In this document: positions 13,477-26,229 of the stretch, one piece after another | Layout: each line of letters starts with the position of its first letter | Numbering within the stretch: position 1 is the first letter of the stretch | NCBI GenBank assembly: GCA_013265495.1 | Contig: MU058844.1 | Location: 7,811,260 to 7,875,259, forward strand | DNA: 64,000 nucleotides | Reading direction: 5' to 3' | Source: Vicugna vicugna | Lineage: Eukaryota | The notes under the pieces: generated by a model | Told to the model about the DNA's origin: nothing | What the model saw: the letters and a program-made list of their open reading frames with translations, nothing else | Databases searched by the model: none | Translations under genes and position numbers: made by a program

Positions 13477-13527
13477 CACACATGCGTGCTTGTGCACAAG
13501 CATGCGTGCATGCACACACACACACAC
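13477..13527. repeat. Alternating purine-pyrimidine tract with (CA)n
   Basis: cacacatgcgtgcttgtgcacaagcatgcgtgcatgcacacacacacacac. Confidence 0.85.
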
Positions 13528-14059
13528 CCTCTTGTATCAGATGAAGGATAGTCCTACCGTTATCTCCAACCCCACTCCCACCCCCACCAGAGGAGCTCTT
13601 TGGCATCTTGTAAAGAGCTAAACTGTGGTACATAGAGTGGCCCTGGTCCCTACCCACTAACAGTATTGCTCCCTCGTTCACTATGAGAACCAAACAACAA
13701 TCCGACCAAACCCTCCTCCCCAAGAAAGGGGAACAGTTATCACACCTGGTAACCAAGTTATTAACTACTGGACCTTGCCTTACGGAACACAGAATGTTAA
13801 AAATCTCCCAAATGGCCTTAGCTGTTATCATTGCCACTTCGCTGAGTATTTTAAGGACAAGCAAAAGCAAGCATCTGTGGCTCTCAAATACACAAAGACA
13901 AACAGGTATTTATCCTCTCCCTGAATGCACCTTTTCAACAATCCCCCCGTTTCTTCTGAGTAGACACGCAGGTAGTTAAATAGTTGGGTCATTCCTTTCT
14001 TCTTCTTCCTGGATCTCTTATCCTCCTAATGACTGTCCTGAAGTTAACTCCTTTTGAAC

Positions 14060-15720
14060 TATTTTTAATATTATGCAATAGTTCAGTCACTCAGAAGTGT
14101 AAGGAAAATATAATGAAGTCTCACCTACCCACTATTCAGCTTAGGAAATAAAACATTACAAATAAAATTGAAGTCACTATGTTCTCTGCCTCCCACTCCT
14201 CTGATTTTCCGGGTGGTGCTAACTACCTGCTTACATTTGTTGTCATTCTCATGTATTTTTAAACAGTTCTATCATATCTGTGATCAGTCTGTAAACAATA
14301 GCTGTTATTTTTGTACCTTTTTAAACCTAACGTAAATTGTATCATAATATATGTATCCTTTATAACTCTTTTTTCCATTAAGTATTGTTTGGAACATATA
14401 CTCATGATTATATTCAGCTCTAGCTAATTTATTTTCAATAAATATATATTCTGTTTTTGAATATGTCAGAATACGTTTATTTTCTTGATAATGAAACTTA
14501 GGTGATTTCAACTTAGTCTCTCTATAGAGATACTAAACTACTGTCTGTCTCTCTCTCTATATATATATTTCTCTCTTTATGCACCAAATTTATATACATA
14601 TTATATACATATACAGCTCTTTATGTATATAATATATATATGGATATATAGAGAGACAGAGTGAGAGACTATCATAAAAATACAGAAAGACTAAGTAGAA
14701 ATAAGATAATCTAAATTTCATTATCAGAATTAATTATATACATGTATATATAAATACATAACATGTATATGTTGCATACTGCAATGGCATTCTTAAGCAT
14801 GTTTTCTTGAGCACACACCAGGCCACATTTAGGTAATATATCTAAAAGTAGAAATGCTTGATTGAAGAGTACATGAATCTTGAGGTATTGTAAGTATTGC
14901 CAAATTGCTTACCAGTTGATTTTGCCAATTTATATACTTTCATAAGTAGCGTAATAAGAATTTATGTCACTTTATATCTACAGAAACTCTTCAGACTTTT
15001 AAGTTGTTGCCAGTATAATGTGTATGAAATGAGATGTCTGTTTAGTTTCATTTATAATTCCTAATCTGAAGAGGTCGAGCATCTTTTCAAATATGTGTTG
15101 CTCTTTTATGCTTCCTCTCTGGTGAAGTTCTTGTTCACGTATTTGGCAGAACCTACTAGGTGACACCCAATAGCTGTCTCCTCTAGCAATAAAACTTGCT
15201 ATTTGTAGTTAGGCACATGGCTACCCAAATTTGGCGTGGTCAAGGGTCAAGTTTCTGGCCAATGAGATGTCGGCAGGAATATGTTATGTAATTTCTAGCA
15301 AATGTCCATAAAGAAGGGAGCTTGCTCATCTTTTCTCCTCTTCCTCTTCCTGTGGGTTTAAATGTCGATGTGATTCCTGGCATAGGAATGGCCGTCTTGG
15401 GCACCAGGAAGTCACACGTAGAGGATGGCAGAGCAATCTGTTAAAGGGACCATGAACTCCTAATGACAGTGGAATTACCAACCAGCTTTTGTATTACTGA
15501 TAACCTTAACTGGGTACCTTTGCCACAGCTTTATGTAAGAAAAATAAATAAATTTCTGTCTACTATTTCGAGACTGTCTGGCACTTGTAGCCAAAAGTAA
15601 TTCTCAACAATATAACTTCTGCCTATTTTTCAGGTTGTTTTCAGGTTGCTGTCACTTTCTTTTTTGTAACAATGTTTTATATGTTCTTCACACAAAACTT
15701 TGTTGGCTGTGTATGTGTTC
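14060..15720 (-). mobile_element. Old L1 (L1ME-like) 3' region, interrupted by a microsatellite and an MLT
   Basis: Antisense L1 motifs (aaagtagaaatgcttg...gtattgccaaattgctt; gaggtcgagcatcttttcaaatatgtgttg). Confidence 0.65.
15150..15615 (+). mobile_element. MaLR LTR (MLT1J-like) nested in L1
   Basis: gttaggcacatggctaccca...tttctggccaatgagatgt...aaataaatttctgtc...cttgtagccaaaag. Confidence 0.65.
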
Positions 15721-15869
15721 CATGTAACACATATCAGGAGAATAATGGTGGAGGCTGTCTGGCCAAGGCCCATAGAAAGTTGTGGTTTCATGCAGTAGAG
15801 TACGTCATGATTTAAGTTTTATAAGCTTCCAGTCTCATCTTTCTACTCTAGAATTCTACATGATAATAA

Positions 15870-16090
15870 TTAAGGATATTTAAAGCATTAAAATCTGGCA
15901 TATCTGGGTTTGAATCCAAACTCTGAAATTAGCTAGTGAATTCATGTTAAGCAGATTACCTAATTCTCTGAGCCTTGGTGTCCTTATCCAAAAAGTTGGA
16001 GTTACTACAACAATTTTAAAGTATTTATAAGGACTGAAACAGCTAATAGACACAAAACGCTTGCACTTAGTAACTGGGAGCTTCCATTCT
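15870..16090 (+). mobile_element. MIR SINE
   Basis: tctgggtttgaatccaaactctg...aattctctgagccttggtgtccttatc. Confidence 0.7.
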
Positions 16091-16319
16091 TTTTGGTGCT
16101 ACTGCTTTTATTTATCTGAGGAAAAGTAAGCAAAGATCATTCTCTTTCATGTACATGGATTTTGATCCCTGGGATAGACCCCATCCCCTGGCTTTTCCAC
16201 TGGCCGTTAACAGTTCCCTATTCTAGTCCACATTTTAGGTTTTACAAAAAAGACAGAGAGAGGATGAAAAATTATATGAAAAGAGACCAAAGAAGGAAAA
16301 TTCATAATCATCGATAACA

Positions 16320-16530
16320 ATTATCAACAATATTCACAAGATGACAGACGCTGTCCTTGGAACTTTATACTGTACCCTTTAACCTCTGCAATACTCTGTG
16401 AGGTAGTTGCCATTCTACGCAAAGTTAAGACACTTCCTCAGAGTTACAGAGAAAGAAAATAGAAGAGAGAGCACTAAAACTTAGATTTGTTTGGCACCAA
16501 AATCCCTGCTCTTATTCAATGTACAACAGT
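16320..16530 (-). mobile_element. MIR SINE
   Basis: caatactctgtgaggtagttgccatt...gttaagacacttcctcagagttacag. Confidence 0.6.
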
Positions 16531-19500
16531 TTGAGAAGACAGGATGGAAGCTCTGGAGCCATTTTCACTCCTTCAATAATGAAGAAACTATTAAAGGGAA
16601 AGCGGGCTCCAGTCTTTATATTCCCTAATGCCCATTTCGACCACTGGCTTTGATCCAGCCGCATCACCAGTTCAGTTAGAACAGTAGTCAACTGCAGCGG
16701 TAGGCTCCACCAATTACTTTTTATTTACTTTAGCAGATTTGTGGCAGGCAAAGTTTGAGCGAAAGTCCTACAAAGCATAGCAAACATAATTGTGCTTTTG
16801 GATTAGGAACCTTTTCACTGCGCTGGAAATGCGCAGCCTTATCTTAGTCACAAACACAGACATATGCAAAATAAAATAAAAACAGCTGCATGATAAATAG
16901 CCAGTAACTCAGCCTTCCTGAATCGGTTTTCTCTTGAGCAAAATGAGGATTTGGTAGGATGGTCTCAAGAGCTAAGATTCAGGGATACAAGAGAAGGAGA
17001 AAAAGAAAGCAAAAAACATTTTCAAGTTTTCTTGAAGGCAACCCTCCTAGAGAAGGTGGTAAAAAGCTAACATACTAAAATGCAATATATCTGTCATGTT
17101 TTTGGTGAGGCAAAAGGAAACATTTTGGTGAGTAGTGAGTACATATTTCACCTAAAGGACTGGAAATATGTTTTTTTGCGTCTTGTCTCCTATAAACACT
17201 CTCCAGGTAGGGCTTATCATTTGTTCAGCTCCCCTGGAGCCGTGGGTACTGCGTGCAAACTGAGTGGAAAAATAAATACCACAATAATAGGAGCTGTCAA
17301 ACTCCCTTTTTAATTTGTTTCAAGTCAACATCGTTCTCCACTGGTTGACTGCCATTTTCAGAATGAAAAACAGAACATCCATTTATATACCCATTAAGAT
17401 GCTTATTTTTACCTCTATTTATATACCGCAGATTACAACAGTGAGATTTCCCACAGAACAAAAGAAAAAGCTTTCAGAACCCAGCAATGACTTCAAAGAA
17501 TGAACACGTGAGAAGACAGCTCTGTGCAGAGCCTCCTCCCCCAGGTCTGCATCTTGATACACGGGTCACCTTCTTCCTTGCATTTTAGTGTCCCTAGATG
17601 CCACTAAGGAGTTAATAATCCTATCACGGATCTCCCTCAGGCAAGGTTCGGAGGCTAATCAGAAAGGACTATAAATTAGTGAGTTACTGAAAAGCATGCT
17701 TGGGGAGATACAGAACCTCCTGATACTTTTAGAAATAAAGTGCACACAGCCTAGCACACACACATAGCCCAGCCCGGCGTGCCCCCCGCCCCCGGTGATG
17801 CGGTACAGCGTCCCTGTGCACAGTACTCATCAGCCTCCCACACACAGAAGTCTCTACTACCTCCAGCCGAATGAGGGCAGAAAGAACAGTTTGATCATTT
17901 ATTTATTCTACTTTTTGTAAAGTTGTAAATTGCTGACCACAAAATCAAACCGCATAGTATGAAAACCAGGCCACCTGGGCTCATTCTGGCCAGTGGTTTC
18001 AACAGAGTTCAATGCAGCTGACATTCCAGCTCCTTGCACGTACACCTACATCCCAAAGGAGACGCACCCTGAACAGGTGAAGCCCTAGAGGGGAGGGCCG
18101 GTGACTGAAGGAACAGAGTTCATTCTGTTATTAAAGCACTGTGGTATATAAATAGAGAAAAAGAATAAGCTTCTTAGTAAGTATATAAATGAATGGACAG
18201 TCAAGGTCATGTTCCACATATTTACCACAGTGCACTACTTCCTGTGAAAATTCTCCTCTGTCTAAATCTCTCAAATGTCCAAATGATATTGTCCATAACA
18301 TTTCCTGATCTAAATTTGCTCTTTCATAAATTTAAGGGAAAAAATCGTTTAGGCTAAGAGTCTTCCCTAAGTTAAAAGTCCCTGCCTATATGAAAAATTT
18401 TAAATCATGCTAATGTATACCCAAAAAGCTGGTGGTGTATTTCAGTGTAACTTTCCTTTGAACTGGATTCCTCTGTCTGGGGGGCTGGGCCAACTTTCTA
18501 GCTCTGTGTGCTCCAGCAAAGCTGTTCTGGTGCGTCTCCTCATCTTCTTATCCTTTTTACCGAATTTTTATATTCGCTTGAGATTTCAAGATTTTAAGCC
18601 AACAAATTATGGCAAAGATTCAGCATGCTTTACTACAATTCCTTTCAAAATTAGTAAAAACAAACAAACAAAAAAAACTAATGTATGCTAAATTTGAGGA
18701 AGGTAGTTTCTATATTCAGAGCATTCATTTTGTCTAAAAACAAAGATTCAGATCTCCAGCTTTAGTGCCTCTTAATAGAACAGATGATAGAAACAAAGTG
18801 GGGGAAATGGTATTATCTACTCATGACAGATGTTTTAACATATTTTAACAACTTTGGTTGATACATCCTTTTGTGTTATTTTAAATAAATGAAAACACGA
18901 CTGAATTACTATACTAAAATGCCTTATACCAACAGTTTTAAAAGGAAAAAGGTATCCTCTGTGGCTGAAAGTAATAATTCCATTTAATCCAAAAATAGCT
19001 TGAGAGAATGTATCTAACCCTTCAGCACACGGCTCCTTATTTTCTATGTGAATGACGTATGTCTGTATTGCTGTTTTTTCCTCCCTAAGTAAAGTGTCTG
19101 TACTCTACCAGGGAACTCTGCTGGAACTGGTTCGTCTCCTTAGCTGAGTGCACTGGGGCAAACCAAAAATTGGTGTTAACAACTTCACCATGAAGAAACT
19201 GATGTACCACTGAAATGCCTCCAAGACTGGATATGAGCCTGGTCCCAATCAGAAGTGTTCGCTCTGAACCACCTTCCTTTCCCCAGTACACTCATATCCG
19301 TCTCTCATCAGACTCAACGAAGTTTTTGTTTAGCTGACAAAATAGTTTGGTATCAAATGTTGTTTTATAAATATTTATTGTGTTGAATATAAACACAAGA
19401 ATGCACTTTGGTTCCCAACTAGTCCCTTTATCAAGTCCTCATTAAATTTATGGGGTATCAATCAAATAATGTTAGGAATATTTTGCTATAATTATGTTAC

Positions 19501-20139
19501 ACATGTTTTCATCATGTGTTTTACAAATGTGGCACGCAGGAGAGAACCAGATCCCAGATGTCTGAATAATAGCCCACATGTAAACAACCTTAACTGATCT
19601 GTTGAAACAACACATCAGATATCAAGTTAATGATGGGTAACATGGTAAAAATATAATAATATTGGAGGGAAGATATCTTTGGAAAACTTTATCAGCTTTG
19701 TTAATTCTCATGAGAACAAGGATTTAAATGGTTTTATTATATGGTATGCTAAGTTATTCTTATCTCAGCTCTGTTATAGAAATTCTAAGAGCATAAACTC
19801 CCTATTAAATGCACTCTGGCATGAAACACCTGGAGCAAAACCGATCTGGAGATCATCACTCAAGCCAAGGAATGAGTTGAATGGAAGGGCCATACCATCA
19901 TAACAAGACACTAGATGTCAGTAACAGATGACACTGTCTGTTTGTTGGTTTTCTCAACCATCTTTCATTTATTCACTTATTCCTCAGCAGTGAGTGCCTT
20001 TTTTTGGTACTAAGTACTCAGCCTGGCACCAGGGTTTTAATTGTGAATAAATCTTGTGTTTGATCATGATTAGAATCTAGTGAGGAATACAGTCAAGGAA
20101 ACCACATTTGACGCAGAAGCAATTATAGAGATATTGAAG

Positions 20140-20292
20140 ATATTGGAGAATCTGATAATTATAGACTCCCTTCCAAGAAAGCGCATATTCTAATTATACC
20201 AAGATTTAGTATGCAGTTTCAGAGGCTTCCAGGACCCTCAAACATTCATCCACAAACCACTAAATACTGCCATCGAGTAAGAACATCTGGTT
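20140..20292 (-). mobile_element. Short hAT-Charlie non-autonomous element (related copies at about 39676-39860 and 54867-55000)
   Basis: ggagaatctgat...atagactcccttccaagaaa...tttcagaggcttccaggacc...taagaacatctg is the reverse of the cagggattcttagcttggggtc-type start at 39676. Confidence 0.5.
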
Positions 20293-21229
20293 TACAGAGA
20301 CTCACTAATTTGTATTTGTGTCCAACTGTCCAACACAAAAACGTTTTCAGTGAAATGTGAACATTTTCTGTAGGTATAGTTTTCTGTGGATAAAAATATC
20401 CTTGCCATCGGCCATCAGCCTTTGGCCCAGAAGGAGTTTTGGAGACTCACCACAGCTAGCCTAAACTTCACCAATGCATGCCCTGTTGTGTTTACACAGT
20501 CATCTGTTTATAAAGAGCTGATTCAATGAGCATAAAGATGATTTTTATTTAACTTGTTCCCACACCCGGCCATCTACCAGAAGGATTAATTATAAGGTAA
20601 AAAGAAAAGACCATCAAATAGAATTGGCCTGATAAAGTATCTGCTTGTGGTAGAAATACTTCATTGATATTTCTGGATTCATTCAAAGCTAAACCCAGAT
20701 TTTTTTTTTTTTGCAGCTTAAATCTCCATGTTTAACCATTTTGAGGTTGCCAATGTAGAAGCTGCTAATTTTAAAAAGTAACTGAAAAATACTAAAATAA
20801 CTTTTCAGTTGTCAACTGAAACCTCCCATGAATTTAGTTAGAAAAAAAGATTTTTCCCCTTTTTCCACAAATTAATAAAAAATATCCAATTGAAATGCAC
20901 TTAGGTATAGATATAGATACTCTGGAAAATTAGCTGAGTTTTGATCTAAAATAACAAGAAATAACTGATACAAGCAAATGTTTCTTTTGAAAGAAAACTG
21001 ATTGACTAAATAAAGTAGATGTATTTTTATGGAATGAGAAATTAAAGCTCAGATTCATCAAAGAGGAACCTGGTTGTACAGGGAAAATGACATAATCCTA
21101 TAGACAACACTTTCCAACTCTATCAGTATTACTATTTACACTAGCAAACGTTTTCGGTTCTAATTTTATTCAAATTCGATTCTATAGGCATAGACTTAGT
21201 CAGAGGAAAAACAATGCAAAACACTCTTC

Positions 21230-21535
21230 ATTCATTTAACACACTATTCATTCATCCACTTAGCATGCATTTATTCATCCTTCCAATCAGTTAACTTAGT
21301 AAATATCTACTGAGTAACTTCCATTTGTTGTGGCCAAGGATTGGAAAGGAGACTGGACTGGAGCAGTGAACTAGGGAACTGGTATGAAGATGTGAGGTCA
21401 GAGATGTAGGCAGGAGCCCATTCAGAAGGCCTCAGTGGGGCAGAAGAGAGTTCAGATTTTCTTACAAATGCAAGATGAACCCATTCAAATGTTTTAAATA
21501 AGAACTTGATAACAAACAGACCTATTTTAAATCCA
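21230..21535 (-). mobile_element. L2 fragment
   Basis: (ttca)n-like tail, aaatatctactgag, gaagatgtgaggtcagagatgtaggcagg. Confidence 0.6.
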
Positions 21536-22254
21536 TCTACTCTTAAATTTGCACCTTCTGCTCTGGTAAAATTTGCTTGACAAGTTCTACCAAAACACAT
21601 CTTGCACTTTTTTCCTTAGTGGCTGACTTCTTGCCATTTGGAAACCTGGACTTTTATAACAATTAGCCATTTAATGATATGAAAGTTTGAGGACCTAAAA
21701 TACATGGCCTTTGGAAATTAGGAAAAATATACTTGGAGGCACACTGAAGTCAGGAGACTTTAAGATCCGTCCAAACTGTTAGTTTCCATGACTAGGTGAC
21801 TGTGAACATGCTGACTGTGAACATGCTGAGTCCACTCTACATTGACTCTAAGAGCCTATTGATTTGTGGCTACCTCTTCAAACTGGCTACAAAGCCATGC
21901 TTCTTTATTACGTATAGATTGTCTTTCTCACACTTCTCTTAGGGGTCACAGTACTGTCTTTCTTTGCCTTGCTGTTCCTTATATCTTTTGTTACTAAAGT
22001 CAGCAAATGTGTCATGTAACCAAATTGATCAACAAACTTCTTTATACTAAACACTATGAAGGGTATCACAGGGGATACAAAATAGGAAACTCTCTTAAGG
22101 AAGAAACAGAAGAAAAAAAATCACAAAATGTATTTTGGGCAAAGGGGCGAACAAGAAGAAAATGAAGGAAGTGAAAATCGTATTTACTGTGTGGCTACCA
22201 CTGTCAGCAAATTTATAAGGCAAACATGCATTTACTGACCACCAAGTATGTGTT

Positions 22255-22460
22255 ACAGCTATTAACAGCTAACCTCACCATATGATTATTAGGCACCAAG
22301 CAATGTGCTAAGCACTATGCATGTATTATCTCATGCAACCCTTCCAGCAGCAATGTAAGTCAAATTTACAGGTACTATCATTATCCCACATTATAAAGGA
22401 GGAAATCGAGAGAATCTGGCTCCAGAGGTTGGACACTTCATCCACAGTCTTCTCAAACTT
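22255..22460 (-). mobile_element. MIR SINE
   Basis: ccaagcaatgtgctaagcact...ggtactatcattatcccacattataaaggaggaaatcgag. Confidence 0.75.
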
Positions 22461-22589
22461 CTGTTCAGGATAAGAATCACTTCTTACAAGGTTAAGAATC
22501 ACTTGGAGCACTTATTTAAAAGACAGAAAATGAATGGTACCCTTTTTAGCAGGATGAGGCCAAGGAACATCAATTTTTACAAACTCATA

Positions 22590-22650
22590 AACCACCATCA
22601 AGCACTACCACCACCATTACCACCACCACCACTACCACCAAACCATCACC
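22590..22650. repeat. Degenerate (CCA)n repeat
   Basis: ccaccaccattaccaccaccaccactaccacca; explains the poly-Pro in ORF 22503-22718. Confidence 0.85.
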
Positions 22651-22732
22651 CTAACCCAAATGCAATGAGTCTGATATTGATGATATTTCAACTACATTTG
22701 AAAAAACTTGTGCTATGATACACTACATCCTC

Positions 22733-22895
22733 CAGCACCATGTTAAATTTCATGTGCACATACTCATCTAGAAATAATGATAAAATTCATACTCTGATTC
22801 AGTGATCTAAGGTGGCCCTAAGATCCTGAATTCCTAACAAATTAGAGATGATGCCAGTGTGACCAGTCCGAGAATCACATTTTCAATTGCTAAGA
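22733..22895. mobile_element. MER5A-like hAT MITE
   Basis: actctgattcagtgatctaaggtggccctaagatcctgaattcctaacaa...gagaatcacattt. Confidence 0.6.
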
Positions 22896-22971
22896 CCTAG
22901 TACAGTATCAGAAACTTTAATATTAAAGATGTAAGAAATGTAATTCTATTTCATAAAAGAATTTATAGTTT

Positions 22972-24090
22972 CCATCAACAAAATGAAAAGGCAGCCTACT
23001 GAATGGGAGGAAATAGTTGCAAATCATGTATCAGAGAAGGGATTGATAAAGAACTCATGCAACTATGAACAACAAAAAACAAGCCATATGATCAAAAAAT
23101 GGGCAGAGGACCTGAATAGACATTTTTTCCAAATAAGACACACAGATGGCCAGTAGGTACATGAAAAGATGTTCCACATCACTAATCAACAGGGAAATCA
23201 AAATCAAAATCACAATGAGATATTTTTTCAGACCTGTTAAAATGGTTATTATAAAAAAGACAAGAAATAACAAATGTTGATGAAGATGTAGAGGAAAGAG
23301 AATCCTGGTACACTATTGACGGGAATGTAAACTGCTGCAGTCACTATAGAAAACAGTACGGAGGTTCCTCAAAAAATTAGAAATAGAACTATCATATGAC
23401 CCAGTAATTCCACTCCTGAGTATTTATCCAAAGAAAACAAAAAAGGACTAATTAGACAAGAAATACCCACACCAATGTTCATTTCACCATTTTCAATAGC
23501 CAAATGGAAGCAACAGAAGTGTCCATCAATAAAGAAAATGGGATACATTTATATACACACACATACACATGAAACAGAATCTTACTCAGCCATAAAAAAA
23601 AGAATGAAATCTTGCAATATGCAACAACATGGATGGAGCTGGAGGGTATTATGCTAAGTGACATAAGTCAAAGAGAGAAAGACAGACACTATATGATCTC
23701 ATTTATATGTAGAATTTAAAAAAAATCCACTAAGCTCATAGATACAGAGAACAGATTGGTGGTTGCCAGCAGCAGGGGCTGAAAGATGGACAAATTGGCT
23801 GAACGGGGTCAAAAGGTACAATCTTCCAGTTATGAAATAAGTAAGTCATGAGGATGTAATGTACAATATAGTGACTATAATTAATTACACTGTATTGCAT
23901 ATTTGAAAGGTGCCGAGAGAATAAATGTTCTTATGACAAGAAAAATTGTAACATGTACATTAACATGTAGTGATGGATGCTCACTAGACTTATTATGGTG
24001 ATCATTTTGCAATAGACACAAATATAGAATCCTTATGTTGTACACCTGAAACTAATATAATGTTATATGTCAATTTTAGCCCAATAAAAT
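22972..24090 (+). mobile_element. 5'-truncated L1 (ORF2 C-terminus plus 3' UTR, L1MA-type)
   Basis: ccatcaacaaaatgaaaaggcagcctactgaatgggag (INKMKRQPTEWE) through tgttgtacacctgaaactaatataatgttatatgtcaatt and AATAAA. Confidence 0.9.
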
Positions 24091-25444
24091 CAAGTGTGTA
24101 TAGCCTAGAGAAGCAGATGGAGATATAACCAGATGCTTTGGGAACTTGAGGCATACGAAGTTAGAAAAGCTTACTAGAAAAAGACCCTTAAGCTGAGATT
24201 TGAAGGAAACAATCTCATTCAGTTGCATGCTTCTCCAGGAAGATAGTTAATATAAGAAGTGTGGCAAATACAAATCAAATAAAACAAGTGATTTTTCTAT
24301 ATACTCCAGTATATACAAATACTGGAGACCTTTTAAAAAAAAAGAAAGATTACTTCTGATCGTCTCCCCTGTAAATATCCCATACATTTACCAATGGTTT
24401 TATATCTCTTTACCAAGATGTCTTTCCCAGTAGACAGAGTTCCTGGGGAGCAGAAACCACCAGAATCATAGTGTCATCAGTATCCATCCCTTTGGCTCAT
24501 ATACAATACACATTTTATAAATGTATGTTGAATGACCACTGCAGGCCTCAAGCAGAAGGTATGTTTAAAATCCTTGTAAACTTTCTGAATATAAAAGTGC
24601 TTAAGGGACAATATTCTGAATTGGCAAAACAGTGCAAGATGCCACTACTACTCTGGTTCCAATACTTCTCATTTTGAGCACTTGTCAATATCACAGAATG
24701 AGACCATACTCTGTGTTAAGCCTCAGTCATGAAGCAGCAAAGACACCACCACCAAATTTTACATAAAGAAAGGCCCAAGAAGATCCTGCCTTCTGTTTAT
24801 TTGTAGTTCTTGTCAAAGACAACAGTAGCTTCGTTGCTCAGATTGTTCAGACTGCTTCACCCTTAAGGTTGTCAGTTCCATGAGAATCACAAGCATTATG
24901 TTAAAAAAAAAAAAACTGACCTACCCAGAAAATCTCAATAAGGCTTGATTACACTGTACTGGACATTTGGAAATCAAGTTGAATGAGACACAGCCTTATC
25001 TGCACACAGCACTGAAAGACATACATATTAACAACTCACAATGCAGTGTGATTTGGTGAATTCTGCTCTAAGGGCATGACTCAAGACTTATCTTTTCACT
25101 CCGCATTCAACTCGTCTGTCAAATACCCTTCTGCCAGAAATCCTGAAGCTTTGCTGCACTATGTATACTTCCCTTCTTGGCTATGGTTTTTTCATATCAA
25201 AGGTAGAGATCAGACCTAGAGGAGGCTAACCATTGACTAGCAAGCAGAGAGGGACTTTCTCACAAGAATAGGGACTGAGTGAAATAAACACAGAAAGAAG
25301 GGAACAGAGTGATGTCATCAGTAAAATGCTAGAATAAAGTATCACTTTCATTAGTGCTGCTCCCCCAGAGTTACTGCTGTTATTCCCGGAGTTACACTGA
25401 TTTCTTCCTTTCCTGGGAGTCTGTTACAATTAAACACAAGAATT

Positions 25445-25610
25445 TTTGAAGCAGACAACCTTGGTTTGAATCTGAGTTCTTTCACTTCCTAGCTGTGTGA
25501 CAATAAACAAGTCACTACCTCTAAGGGCTAAGCTTCCCCTGTGGCAAATGACATGATACCATTGCAGTCTACCTTAAAGGACTGCTATGAGGGTTGAATG
25601 GTACACAATC
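25445..25610 (+). mobile_element. MIR fragment
   Basis: ttggtttgaatctgagttctttcacttcctagctgtgtgac. Confidence 0.65.
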
Positions 25611-26121
25611 TGTGGGGGACAGACTTCTAAAATGGTACTAAGTGACCATCATCTCCTATATTCACGTCCAGATGTAGTTCCTTCTCTTGCATGTGGACTG
25701 AACCTAGTGACTTTCTCCTAACAGAATATCACAAAGATAACAGGATGGTACTTCCTGATTAAGTTACAAAAGATTGTGATTTCTGACTTGCTATCAGACT
25801 TTCTTTTGCTGGCTTTGAAGAAGCAAGCTGCCATGCTGGAGAAGTCTGCCTGGCAAATGAACTGAGGGTTCCCTCCAGCCAACAGCCAGCAAGAAAGGAG
25901 GCCCTCAGTCCAACAGCCTTCAAAGCTGTTTTTTAGGTGAAAAGTGCAAATCCTGAGCTGACATCTTAATTGCAGCTTTTTGAGAAACCATGAAGTAGAA
26001 GACCCAGTTAAGCCGTGCACAGCTTTCTGTTCCCACAGAAGTTGTCGTTTAATAAATATGTATTGTTTTCAGCCATTAAGTTTAGGGCTCATTTGTTACA
26101 CAGCCATGGATTACTAATACA
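25611..26121 (+). mobile_element. MaLR LTR (MLT1E/F-like)
   Basis: tgtgggggacagacttctaaaatgg...gccaacagccagcaagaaa...aataaat...ttaagtttagggctcatttgttacacagc...actaataca. Confidence 0.8.
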
Positions 26122-26229
26122 AATGGTTAATGTATGGGAAGAACATTTAATCTCTCTTCTCCATGAATCTCTCTCCATTTCATCTAATCTGTGTTTCTGT
26201 TACTTAAAAGTAAAATAGCCACAGGTGAG

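Noticed and set aside
19085..19320. Complex-looking stretch as an ncRNA or processed pseudogene
   Set aside because: No match to snRNA/snoRNA sequences I recall, no poly-A or TSD, and no recognisable peptide in any frame.
21797..21829. 15-bp tandem repeat tgactgtgaacatgc x2 (similar tiny duplications near 35450 and 38495)
   Set aside because: Ordinary slippage duplications.
22503..22718. Proline-rich ORF
   Set aside because: Produced by a (CCA)n microsatellite between a MIR and a MER5A-like element.
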